Part shown: positions 1 through 11,976 of the stretch, piece after piece
Position numbering within the stretch: position 1 is the first letter of the stretch
How the letters are laid out: each line of letters starts with the position of its first letter
DNA from: Felis catus
Lineage: Eukaryota
Direction: 5' to 3'
NCBI RefSeq assembly: GCF_018350175.1
Contig: NC_058368.1
Span: forward strand, 153,328,001-153,392,000
DNA: 64,000 nt
Made by a program: the position numbers and the translations under genes
Notes under the pieces: generated by a model
What the model was told of the DNA's origin: nothing
The model's input: only the letters and a program-made list of their open reading frames with translations
The model's database searches: none

Positions 1-259
1 GTGGAAGGTCGTGGGAAAATGCAATAGGGCCAAAAGGGGTATGAGCTTTGTGTGGTAAACTGGGGGAAACGCAAGGCTTATTCTCAGCATCTTAGAGATA
101 AGGATGCATCTTTCCTCCAGGGATGAGGAGGTCATCCCTCACCTAAGGGGTTTTATGACCTGCCTTAGGGGACAGTCAGAGATTCCTTCCAACATTTGCT
201 CTTTCTCAAATTCAATATGCCACAGTATCCTGTTTTGGGGCAGTGTATCCTGAACTCTG
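1..259 (-). mobile_element. ERV1-class LTR, MER34-like (5' part)
   Basis: Reverse complement cagagttcaggatacactgccccaaaacaggatactgtggcatattg resembles the MER34 LTR start. The terminal TG appears at 892-893, beyond the L1 insertion. Confidence 0.55.
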
Positions 260-883
260 TATATTTTTTAAATTTTATTTTTTTATTTTTTAAAATTTAC
301 ATCCAAATTAGTTAACATATAGTGCAACAATGATTTCAGGAGTAGATTCCTTAATGCTCCTTACCCATTTAGCCCATCCCCCCTCCCACCACCCCTCCAG
401 TAACCCTCAGTTTGTTCTCCATATTTGTGGGTCTCTTCTGTTTTGTCTCCCTCCCTGTTTTTATATTATTTTTGTTTCCCTTCCCTTATGTTCATCTCTT
501 TTGTCTCTTAAAGTCTTCATATGAGTGAAATCATATGATTTGTGTCTTTCTCTGACTGACTAATTTCACTTAGCATAATACCCTCCAGTTCCATCCACGT
601 TCGTGCAAATGGCAAGATTTCATTTTTTCATGTGTCACGTGAAACTGTTTCTGGATGTCTTCTTGGGAGAAGTGTCTATTCATGTCTTTTTCCCATTTCT
701 TCACTGGATTATTTGTTTTTTGGGTGTTGAGTTTGATAAGTTCTTTATAGATTTTGGATACTAACCCTTTATCTGATATGTCATTTGCAAATTTCTTCTC
801 CCATTCTGTCGGTTGCCTTTTAGTTTTGCTGATTGTTTCCTTTGCTGTGCGGAAGCTTTTTATTTTGATGAGGTCCCAGTATA
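260..883 (-). mobile_element. 5'-truncated felid L1 (3'UTR plus ORF2 end) with internal deletion
   Basis: T-rich tail at 264-291 and typical L1 3' sequence (catatgagtgaaatcatatga, gcaaatggcaagatttc, ggatactaaccctttatctgatatg). Candidate TSD AACTCTG at 253-259 and 884-890. Confidence 0.9.
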
Positions 884-3449
884 AACTCTGGCAATAGTTA
901 AGACCAATAGGCTACAGTTTAGGAGACCACAATTAATTTTTTTTTTTTTTAGAAAAAAAAAAAGAAAAGGCAAATATCTGATAAAGATTCCAGTAACATA
1001 ACTGTGGGAATACAACTGGGTGTGAGAGGTGGCAGTTGTTATAATATGTGAACCGGTCTTGGTAGGCAGTTTACTGAGAAAAGTAGAAGAATATAAAGTA
1101 TATTCCTTCTTAATCAGATTCACATGGAGAAATGACACAGTTCACTTCATTTTTATTTTCAAAAAAGAATAAACATGGCTCCCTGCCCTGATTAAAATTG
1201 TGATTTAGAACATCCCAGAACCCACTTTCTTCAGGCAAGGAGAATCTCTAAATAGATTCCCATGAAATATATAAGGGAATAGTCATGGACCCCCACTTGA
1301 AGGAGTTTGTAATATACTTTAGGAAACAAAGTCAGGAGAGAAATTCTAGGACTTCCTAGGACTATTCTTGACTATGCTCTGTCCCTCAAATAAGCCCCAT
1401 GATATGATCTTGCTGGGTGCCCTGTGAGACCACATGTAAACCCCACTCAGCCTTCTTATCTCCCAGCTCTGAAGTTGGTGAGGCCTGCATTAACACAATG
1501 AGGGCCTTCCTGGGTTGGGGTGGGGGGCTGGGCGTGGGGGTGCCTCTGTGAGAAAGGAAAAATACTTAATGGCAGGATCTACACAGAATGATGATGATGG
1601 TGATGGTCTCAACACTCGTCCCAAACAAGTATGTTCCTGGATTTTCTCTGGGATTTTTCACAGCCAGACCAAAGTCAAAAGCTGGCACTCATCCCAGTAG
1701 ACCAGGGCTTCCTTTTAAGTCTCCTCAGCAATTCCACGGACCCAGAGGAAACTTGAGTGATAGGGAAAAAAACAATCTGTCCTGTGGCTTCAAATGTCAG
1801 TAAGTTGCCTTTAGAGTTAAAAGTGATAATTTGCAGCTTTGTGTGTATTTATTCCACAAACATGCTCAACGTATGTTTTTATAAGTGTGACTGGAGAATG
1901 AGTCATCAATATTTGTAGTTGACTTCTGAAGAATACAGGAATTTCTGGATACTCTAATAATATGTACATATGCCAAGGGGCATGTATTCTTATTAATAAT
2001 TTTAAGAAAACAGTTCTGCTTATAAAGTATTTGCCAAAGGTTGATATGTGTACAACTTTCACACAATATACTTAGATGAAGTAAAACATCTGTGGGTGAG
2101 GGGCACCTAATTCAGCTGACATCTGTCAACTCTCATTTGCCTGGGTTCATCTGGCCAAGCCTGTGCCTCTAAACTTCATACTTGGGAGGACAGAAGCTTT
2201 TCTCTAATGGGAAATGTTGTTTATTTCAGGATCTAGGAGAAAGACTCGGAGACCAAAGGGAATGAATGATGGGTCTGACTGAAAATCTAGAGGCCCACAG
2301 TGAAAATGCTCTTCTCCACTGTTTATATTAATATAGGGTGTGGCTACAATAAACAGTAAACAAACTGATTCACCGTATGAATAAAACCACTGCTGGTTAA
2401 TGATAATCACAGCACTAGCACAGTGCTTGGTTCTTCAACAGTGCAATCTTCAGCTTTAGATAATTCCCCTTTGGGGCAAACTGGCACAATATCATTATCC
2501 CTCTCTTAAAGATAAGTTAACTGAGTCAAGAGATTAGATGCTTTATTTGAGGCCACCCAAAAATCAAGCAAAGACTTTGTAATGCCTCTGCTACCAGATA
2601 CAGCATGGGCTCCTAGCCCCTAAGGCTGTGTTGTTTTAGTACCTGTGTTGCTTTATTACTGGGGACAGGACTTTCTGCAGGCTTTGAACTTTGATAGCTT
2701 TACTGGGTGGAATTAGGATTGCCCCCTCACCCTTGAATAACAGGTATAGGATGCTTAGGCTAGAGGTGTGGTGAGTTATCTGGATGCTTTGCCTTATAAA
2801 ATCTCTCAGATCAGATCAGAAGGAAGCCCCAGAGATGTTGCTGAAGATATTGCTACCACATCATATATGTTGAAATGTAGTAAATACTTGGTTGCTATTT
2901 AAGGGCTGTTGCGTTAGTAAAACCACTACAAGGCTGAATCTTTTAGAGGAGACTTTGGGATGCCATGCAGACAGTAATGCTCTTCAGTGGGTGTTAGGGT
3001 AAGGCTCAAGGGTGCTGGGCCTCTGATGATCTTGGCAAAGAGAAAACCAAACGTGAACCTTTGGGCCAGCATACTTCCACCAGAGTGAAGGGGGAAGGGG
3101 GTGTGGTTGGGGAACAGATGTTCCCTCTAAATCTAAAGTTTAGATTTCCATCTTGGCTCAAAAGGAATTTTTCCTCAGATTTCCCCAAATCTAGTGGTAT
3201 ATATCCCTCCCTGAGAACAAACTCAAAATTAAATAAACATAAGTAAACATGTGAAAGACTGCTCACCTTAAATACTGGCATCAAAGACCTGAGCATGAAT
3301 GTCCCCTTAACCTCTAAGCATTTATAGTATTAGTAGCTGGATGTGCTATGCTTTGTATACAACAGTAATTAAATCTTGCCAATCGGAAGTTCATACTTAC
3401 AGTCGAAATGAGCAAATGCACAATAATTATTATTGTTGTCATGATCATG

Positions 3450-3660
3450 GTAAATAGCATTTATTAAGGGCTTACCACATGGCAAGTCCTAGGGTAACAC
3501 TTGTATCTCATTTAATCCATACAACAAGCCTGCAAGACACTATTATTCCTAGTTTACTGAAGCAAAATCTTGGATCAAGAAATTTGCTCAAAGTCATCTA
3601 GCTGTTAAGTGGATGCAAGATTCAATCCCAGGTTTGTTTGCCTCCAGGGCCCATGATATT
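3450..3660 (-). mobile_element. MIR
   Basis: agcatttattaagggcttacc...tctcatttaatcc...aaagtcatctagct...aatcccaggt. Confidence 0.7.
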
Positions 3661-4399
3661 ATGAAAAAATACAGATACAAATACTTGTTTAGTCGTGCAT
3701 GCACGTCTGTGTGTGTAGATAGTGGGCATGAAAAATCCAGACATGAACTTGGGTGTGCTTGTATGTAGCTGTGTTTCTCTATTTCTGATCTTAGCCTGGC
3801 TCAAGAGCCCTATTTCCAGTGCCCATGAAACACTACGTTTTGTGAATTCAAAACTTATTTATTTATTTTAAGTAATGCTCACGTAACACAGGATTGCTCT
3901 TTCTGTGTCTTCTCCCCTCCTCTCTTTCAGGGATGAGATAATGAAGGGAGAAGGAGAGTGGGGGATATGTATCACCTGACGTCAGGTGGGAATGGGGCCC
4001 TTGGTCTTCTGTCATCCTCTGTCCCTTTTGGCCTTGAAGAAGAATCCAGTCTATGTGGCTCTGCGGGCTTCTGCTGTTGATGCTCAGAGTTCATAATCTG
4101 CACATGTCATGCTCAGGTGTTCTTTATCCTCCTCATCCTACCCCAGGCTCCTTTGAGTCCCCTGGCTATTCTCAGCACCCCCTTAGGTCACCCACCCTGC
4201 TCCCCCCTGGTTTGCTGTGCTCTGTTGCGTAGTGGATATGACCTTTGAAAGGTCTTGGAGTCTCCTCAGGCTATTCTCTGAAAATAGAAGCAAAATTCCC
4301 TGCAGTCTCCACCTCTAATTTTCCTGAGTCTTTATGGGGTTTCTATTTCTCCCTCTCAGAAACCCAGGCAGCACGTAGGCCCTGCCCAGATCTCCCTTT

Positions 4400-4541
4400 G
4401 AATCTCTCTCTTCTTCAAGCTGGAGAAACTTTTATCTCCTATCTCAGTGGTGGGAACACTAGCCATTTTAGAATCTCTCTCTCCTTCAAGCTGGAGAAAC
4501 TTTTATCTCCTATCTCAGTGGTGGGAAAACTAACCGTTTTA
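4400..4541 (+). repeat. Tandem duplication, 2 x 71 bp
   Basis: gaatctctctct..cttcaagctggagaaacttttatctcctatctcagtggtgggaa..tttta at 4400-4470 and 4471-4541, 4 mismatches. Confidence 0.95.
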
Positions 4542-4609
4542 CCCACACTGTGGCTTATAATGCAAATTCTCTGGTGCTCTGGCTCCTTCAGGCCCTCAGT
4601 CTTAAGAAG

Positions 4610-4821
4610 TTTTTTGTTTTGTTTTGTTTAAGTTTATTTATTTCTGAGAGAGGGTAAGAGAGAGGGAGAGTGTACGAGTGAGGTGGGGAGAGAGAGAATC
4701 CCAACTAGGCTTCTGGTCAGCACAGAGCCTGATGCAGGTCTCGAACTGAAGAACTGTGTGATCATGACCTAAGCTGAAACTAAGAGTCAGGTGCTTACCA
4801 ACTGAGCCACCCAGGTGCCCC
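4610..4821 (-). mobile_element. CAN-SINE (SINEC_Fc type)
   Basis: Ends ctgagccacccaggtgcccc, with (GA)n and a T tail; TSD tcagtcttaaga. Confidence 0.95.
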
Positions 4822-5342
4822 TCAGTCTTAAGATGTTTAAAACATCCTTTCTTCTCTTGTGTTGTCTTTTAAGACAATTCTACCTCCCTTAGCCTTTAGA
4901 AAAGCTACTGAGTACTTTAATTTACTTCTTTAGTCTGTATTCTTCCTCTTCAGAGGCATTCCCTTCCCCTAACCTACAGGTTAATGTGGGCAAACAAGAA
5001 ATGCAAAAAAGAACATTGGACATGATCTCAAATAGTCCCTCGTTTCTGTACAGAGATAAATGAGTGTGAACAGTAAGTCTTTGTAATTGTCTTCTATGAG
5101 AGAGGTGTCTTCACCTTAACTTTTCCTATAAATATGCATCTTATAGTCACTTCTGAATCATATTCAACATATATTACATGATAAAGAAATGGAATTATCA
5201 TGCAAGAGGATACTGTACTTTTATGATTTGCAGTGTACTCTCCTTAGCAGAAAAGCAATTAGGATGTGTGAAAAGCACTCTATTGTGTACGTGCGTGTGA
5301 ACAACTAATCAGGCTACTATTTTGCACATATATCATAGTTGC

Positions 5343-5571
5343 TTTATTTATTTTTTTAAACATTTTTTAAAAGTTTATTTATTTATTTTGAGAGAGAGAG
5401 CAAGAGAGTGTGAACAGGGGAGAGGCAGAGAGAGAGAGAGAGAGAGAATCCCATGCGGACTCCTTGCTATAAGCGTGGAGCCCAACACAGGGCTTGATCC
5501 CACAAACCATGAGCTTGTGATCTGTGCCACTATCAAGAGTCAGTCACTTGACTGAGTCACCCAGGTGCCCC
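5343..5571 (-). mobile_element. CAN-SINE
   Basis: SINE head, (GA)n and T tail; TSD tatcata.tt. Confidence 0.95.
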
Positions 5572-6399
5572 TATCATAATTTCTCTTTGTGCTAAACACA
5601 GTGCAGAAGTGAACCAGAAAATTTTAGCCACTGACAAGTTTCATACCAATTTCATTGCATTCAAATCACTGACATTTTCAGCTAAATCATGTATCACAAA
5701 ATCATTCACATATTTCTTGCTAGCTAGTTAAAATCAGTCTGATCCTGGACTATGTTAGGCTCTGACACACAAGTACCTGAGTCTTGGCTTCCTGACTTGT
5801 ATCTGAAAACCAGATGTTCTTTGTGTCAGTGGCCACGCCTCTGTAGCATGGTCCAGGTCTAGATGCCACATCAGAAAGCTCTCCTCCATCATGAGTTCAC
5901 ACAGAGTCAGCCCATGGAGCCAGGCTAGGAGGGAGAAGAGGAAGGCAAATTTCCTCTACACCCCATCCTACAGCCATCGGCACACACATTTTTAGTAGAT
6001 AAAGATAAAGAGACCATTTTTGTAAAAACAAAACCAAACCCAAAAGGCACAAACTCTTGGAAACACTGGTATTCCTGTATGTCTGCGTATGTTTAGAGAA
6101 AGGTCCACAAAAGCACACCAAATTGCAAGAGAGTGGGGTTATAGAGGGTGATGAGGTGGACTTCTCCCTTCAGTTTATCCAACACTGTCCTGATTTTTCC
6201 CCCTTTAGTAGAGTCTACATTGTAATTAAAAAAAAAAATCATTTGTATGAAGGTAAACATCAAAGCCACAGGTGATGTCAGAAGCATAGACTTGGAGGTG
6301 TTTCTTCCTTTCTGGTGCAGTCACCTTTGGAAATTACTGCTGTAGAAGCGTTTGGTTAATGCAAAAGGAGCAAGGGAGAACCATGAACCCTTTACTCTT

Positions 6400-6619
6400 T
6401 TTTTTTTTTAATTTTTTATATGTTTATTCATTTTTGAAAGAAAGAGACAGAGCACAAGCAGGGGTGGGGCAGAGAGAGAGGGGGACACAGAATCTGAAGC
6501 AGGCTCCAGGCTCTGAACTGCCAGCACAGAGCCCGACACGGGGCTCAAACTCAGGAACCACAAGATCATGACCTGAGCCGAAGTCAGACGCTCAACCTCC
6601 TGAGCCACCCAGGCGCCCC
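6400..6619 (-). mobile_element. CAN-SINE
   Basis: TSD atga(a/g)ccctttactctt at 6383-6399 and 6620-6636. Confidence 0.95.
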
Positions 6620-7330
6620 ATGAGCCCTTTACTCTTAAGAAAGTTGGAACAAAAGGGCAAAGGAGAAACTTTCTGGTACACCGCGGAGAAGGAGGTCTGA
6701 AATCTACAGGCATGGCCTGACTCTTCTCAAATACATGCCTACCCCAGCTGAGATAATAGACTCAGCATATAAGTCACATCTTGGTTCTGTTTCAACAGCG
6801 CCTCTGCCGGGTCACCCAGAAATCCAGTATATTAATGAAGTGAAGGATGTGTGGCAAGCCCTGCTCTGCAGTTGGGACACAGCCCTGGCACACCTCCTGG
6901 TGACATGTGCCACTCCTGGAATGCTGGGCCACTACACCCTCAAACTAACTTCTGGCTGAACTGGGGGTGTCCTGGTTCCAGCCGAGATGAGGCTTCAGTC
7001 CCAGTTTTCACACTTGAACTTTTGGTTCAGGAGCATAAGCCAAAAAATGCAACCTACCGTGAGCAACAGCCAGGATGTTGATGCTGCCAGACAATTCCTG
7101 GCCCAGTGGACCACCGCCTCCTACTTTTTGGACCAAGAAGATACACCAGAGACCAACCTCCCCGTGATTCAAGGCCTTGCTGACACATCACTGACCCAGC
7201 CAGATTTCTCCCTTTGCTAGAGTTACTACCTGGTAATGAATTGCACACGTTGCAAAGTGTGTTAATACACTTATACTAGTGAGATACGGAAGAAATACAT
7301 GCAAGCTTTACTTAAAAATGATGGCCCTGC

Positions 7331-7567
7331 GGGGCGCCTGAATGGCTCAGTTGGTTGAGCGTCCATCTTCGGCTCAGGTCATGATCTCACAGTTCGTGGG
7401 TTCGAGCCTCACGTCGGGCTTTCTGCTGAAACCTCAGAGCCTGGAGTCCGCTTCGGATTCTGTGTCTTCTTCTTACTCTCTCCCCCTCCCCCCACTCACG
7501 CTCTCTCTCTCTCTCTCTCTCTCTCTCAAAAATAAATAAAACATTAAAAAATATCATTTAAAAAAAA
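7331..7567 (+). mobile_element. CAN-SINE
   Basis: ggggcgcctg..tggctcagttgg (A box), ggttcgagcc (B box), (CT)n and A tail. Confidence 0.95.
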
Positions 7568-10540
7568 TGACAGCTCTGGGAATGAGAAAAGTTTTAGGGG
7601 AGGCGGGATTTTACTTTTAGTACCATTTCTGCTCTAACAAGCTTCAAACTTTATATAATAACTCGCTACCAACATGTGATTAATCAACCATCAGTGCAAT
7701 TCTAGCGTGCTGGTGTCCCTTTTCTACACAGAAGTGTTAAGTGGATGGGACTTAAAAGGCTGTGATAAGGCCACAGCTGCATGGAGGAATCATTCTTGAT
7801 CTACATGGAAATGTTGACTATCACTTGAATTAAATCAACAGGATTGTGGTGCCCATGAATTGGATGTGGTATAACAAAGGTGAGGAGACTCTGAGACTAT
7901 TGGAAGAATACATAGTGAGAGACTCTATAATTATAATAGTGAGGATGGTCTCAAGATTCCGGGTCTGGCAACCAAATAATTTGCATTTCATTTCCATGGA
8001 GTCTATTTATGCCACTTTATATTTAATCATCAGATTTCCTTTAAAAAATAAGCTCATGTCTTCACTTGCTTTTAGCCTTTTTTGAAAATCAGGAGTCACA
8101 GAAAAGTGGCTGAAGTTTACCAAATAAATGCTCGTAATAGAGACAAACTGGAAACATCTCCTGACTCCAAACAAAGTACGTATTTTATTTGACCCACCTG
8201 CCTCCAAGGCTATTTTTTCCAGACAATTATGTTTTATTGTTGCTATTCTTAATGCCATTTTAGAACTTGATTTTTTTTTCTTTCCTTCTCACTTACCCAT
8301 TATCATTGAGCTATCTCTACTGTACCAGAAATGCTCAACGGAAAGTGGGAGAACACGCAGAAACTTGGAAAAGCGTGAGCAGGTCAACAGTTAAGTACCA
8401 GCAAAAGTCCTCACAGGTGCTCAGACTAGTGGAACAGGAATAAACAAAGATTGTTTTTTTGTTTACAATTACATTAATTGACTTTTTCTTCACAATGGGA
8501 GCATAGAGTTTAAACTTGAAATCTGGGACTATAAGAAGTTAATAACTATATTTTTACATCCTTCTAGTTTCACCCGTTTTTATTTTATCTCTGAAAATTT
8601 TCTGCGTCTTTGTGCTAACTATAAGACACTTGTGTTTTTCATGAGCATACTGAGTACAAGAATGATGAATACTGTCAAATAAGGAAAACTGAATTCCCTA
8701 CCCTCATTCCAACTTTGACCTTGGAGAAGGCAGAAAGTTTTCTCATTAGGTATTGTTTATGGGTCTTTTGTTCAGATGAAGCAAGTTAGTAAATCTGTCA
8801 GAGAAAAATTCACATTTCTCAGAGATCAGATGTTAATGCCAGCCAGCATCCCATCAAATACTAAGAATATATACATGTCATGTATATTTGAGACTCTATG
8901 GTTTTGTTTCTGGTGCTTTAAGCTTCAGTTATGTGCTTGTTGACATACGAGAGTCTTCCTTTTTGGAAATCCAAACAGATTGAAAAACAAATTGTGAAAT
9001 CACATGACACTCAGGGATATTGCATCACTCGACCCCCTCCGCCCCACATTCCCCTCCCACTTCTGTCTCAAAAGATTTCCTAACATCTGAGAGCACCATC
9101 AGGGTGAGTACGCTGACATTTAAAAAGATGAAGAGATGATTTTTAGAGCCCCCCCAAAGGATTTACTCATAAAATCATATATGCAATGAATCGACCGGTG
9201 ATAATTAATCTCAAATATGCTTCTGTTTTATTACATGGCAAGCACAATGGAAAGGAACACTTGTTTTGTGTTAAAACAATCTTAAGATAGCATTTATTTT
9301 GCAATCCCTTTCAGTATTTGAGTCATAGGAAACAAGTAAAGCTAGAACTGGCTCTAGTAACTTAAAAATTACAGTGAAGTCATAATGCTCTCAGTTCCGG
9401 TTGCCTTTCCAAGGACAGTGAGTGTAAGTCTATTCTCATTGGTAGATGCATTGACAAGAGGCAGGCCCACCAACAGCTTCTTCTGATAGAGAGCCTCAGA
9501 GCTGGAGAATCTCAAAGTAGATTAGCTGTGTTGTGGTCAGTGGATGCAGCCCCAAAGAGACTGCTTGTTCACCTAGTTTTGACATTTTATTCAACAGTTA
9601 TTATTTATTATTGGTACCTGTTACAGTAGTGATGATTGTTATTATTGTTATCTGCTCTGCCGTGGTTTCATTTCTGGTACAGAAATGAGGACTCTGCATG
9701 GAAAAGCCAATCAAGAAGTATTTATTGAATGAATGGATGACTCAATCATGAGATAGGAACCACTACGTAAAGAAGAGTCATTTTCACTTGTTTACTGTGT
9801 AAAAACAGAACTTGATAATAATTAGCTATATTTATTTTTTTTCAGACCTTTCTTTGCTAAAACTTTACTTTGCTTCTGTCTCTACCACTGAGAGTCTGTG
9901 AAGTTAGACACTCAGCTTCAAGTTAATTTTCCTCCTATTTGTGGATGTCATTCACGGGTATGGCTTTTCAGCTAGTGTAATCTTTCCAAAAGTTCTTGTT
10001 GACTGTAAGAGCTTGAAAGCTTTTTATTGTTGAAGGAATGAGAAGACTGACATCCATTGTGTCTCATTTGGTGACAGAAATGTATGACACTGAACAAGGC
10101 CTTTATCCTCTGTTTATCCATCTGGAAAATGAGAACAACAATACTCACTAGTCTGGTATGGAAGTGATTGCCAAGGACTTTGTGATCTACACAGGGAAGG
10201 TGATACTTTAGTTGCTACATATTACAGATGTTTCCCTTTGATTAATTAGGTGTTCAGGTACTGTAGTATTTTCAGAGATGTGAGGCAAAAATTTTGAAAA
10301 GCAAAAGCAGATTGGTTTATAGGTTTTAAATAATATTTGCATGTTTCCTCAGTGTTTTACCTTTACATTTGATAATTCTTTTATCTTCAGTTAGAGATTA
10401 GAGACAATTTAGTCCACTGCTCTTTAACCAGGCTGTGCCCACACTCTCCTGTGGAAACCTTAAGTCTACATACACATGCCCCACCTTAATGGGCCCACCT
10501 TATTTTCCCTTGATTTAAGAACCAGGTTTCCAGGTCAACT

Positions 10541-10763
10541 TCTTTCTTTCCTTTTTTCTTTTTTTTTTTTTTATGTTTATTTATTTTTGAGAGAGAGAGA
10601 GAGAGCATGCGTGAGAGGGGGGAGTGGCAGAGGGAGAATCCGAAGCTGGCTCCAAGCTCTGAGCTGTCAATTCAGAACCCAACAGGGGGCTTGAACCCAC
10701 AAACTGTGATCGTGACCTGAGCTGAAGTTGGACGCTTAACCAACTGAGCCACCCAGGTGCTCC
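10541..10763 (-). mobile_element. CAN-SINE
   Basis: SINE head, (GA)n and T tail. Confidence 0.95.
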
Positions 10764-11069
10764 AACCTCTTGCTTTTTTTTATGAAATAGAACATTAAGG
10801 GTCAGCTAGTAAGTGTAATATCAGGAATAAAATCCTCCTTTTCTGACTTTGATGGATTTTTATTCCCATACAGCATGAGGTATCTAATCTGTTAGTTTGT
10901 ATTGATACATTTTAAGTTAACTTTCTAAATACAACTTTGCAGTAACCCCTGGAAGTTTAATTATCTGAGTTGCTTTATAATTTACAGTTTATAGCTATTT
11001 TCCCCCTTTTTATTTCTTTTCTATAAAATTTTCTGAGATTCACTTTGTTAGAAATAAATTCAACCCCAT

Positions 11070-11239
11070 GGGCTGCCTGGGTGGCTTAGTTGGTTAATTG
11101 TCCAACTCTTGACTTTGGCTCAGGTCATGATCTCATGGTTTGTGTGTTCAAACCCCACTCTGCAAACAGCAGGGAGCCTGCTTGGGATTCTCTCTCCTTC
11201 TCTCTCTGCCCCTCCCCCCCCCCACTACTCATACATGAA

Positions 11240-11279
<40 letters not shown>

Positions 11280-11298
11280 AGTAAATAAAGTTAAAAAA
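11070..11298 (+). mobile_element. CAN-SINE
   Basis: TSD aaataaattcaa(c/t)cc. Confidence 0.95.
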
Positions 11299-11334
11299 AT
11301 AAATTCAATCCTTTTTAAGCTTTCCAAGGATATT

Positions 11335-11555
11335 TTATTTTTTTATAATTTTTTTTAACGTTTATTTATTTTTGAGACAGAGACAGAGCATGAACAGGGG
11401 AAGGGCAGAGAGAGAGGGAGACACAGAATCAGAAGCAGGCTCCAGGCTCTGAGCCATCAGCCCAGAGCCCGACGCGGGGCTCGAACCCACAGACTGCGAG
11501 ATCGTGACCTGAGCTGAAGTCGGACACTTAACCGACTGAGCCACCCAGGCGGCCC
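11335..11555 (-). mobile_element. CAN-SINE, young and CpG-rich
   Basis: Perfect TSD taagctttccaaggatatt at 11316-11334 and 11557-11575. Confidence 0.95.
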
Positions 11556-11758
11556 ATAAGCTTTCCAAGGATATTAAGTTTGTATTCAATTATTTGAATG
11601 GTCCTATATTAAAGGTATGGTCCTATATTAAAGAACTTAATATGGAACTTTTTCTTTGTTTGCTTAAGCTTGGAGCTCTTAGAGATAGACATCAACATGT
11701 GCATTGTCTTTAGAACTAACAACAAATAAAAGTTTATGCACCTGGCAGTGTGTTAGAC

Positions 11759-11965
11759 CAGTGATTCTCAAATTTTAGCAAGCATCAGAAATACTTGGAG
11801 TGTTTATTGAAGTATTTGTTGCTGCCCCTTCCTTGCTTGCCCTTGCTTCCTTCCTTGCCCGCCCCTCCCACTACCCCCCCCCCCCCCCCCCGGTTCTGAT
11901 TAAGTGGGTCTGGTGTGAGATGAAGAATTTGCATTTCAAGTAAGTTCCCCAGTGATGCCACTCTT
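11759..11965. mobile_element. MER5A-like hAT-Charlie MITE with internal poly-C tract
   Basis: cagtgattctcaaatttt..gcatcagaa..ttctgatt.agtgggtctgg..gaatttgcatttc..aagttcccc. Confidence 0.7.
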
Positions 11966-11976
11966 CTGCAGGGGTT

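Noticed and set aside
4245..4631. 128-aa ORF
   Set aside because: It has a TTG start, spans the 71-bp duplication and ends in a SINE tail.
6795..6812. CTCF-like cagcgcctctgccggg
   Set aside because: It needs a 1-bp shift to fit the core consensus, which is too weak.
7331..7420. tRNA-like A and B boxes here and in other SINE heads
   Set aside because: These are tRNA-derived SINE promoters followed by (CT)n and A tails, not tRNA genes.
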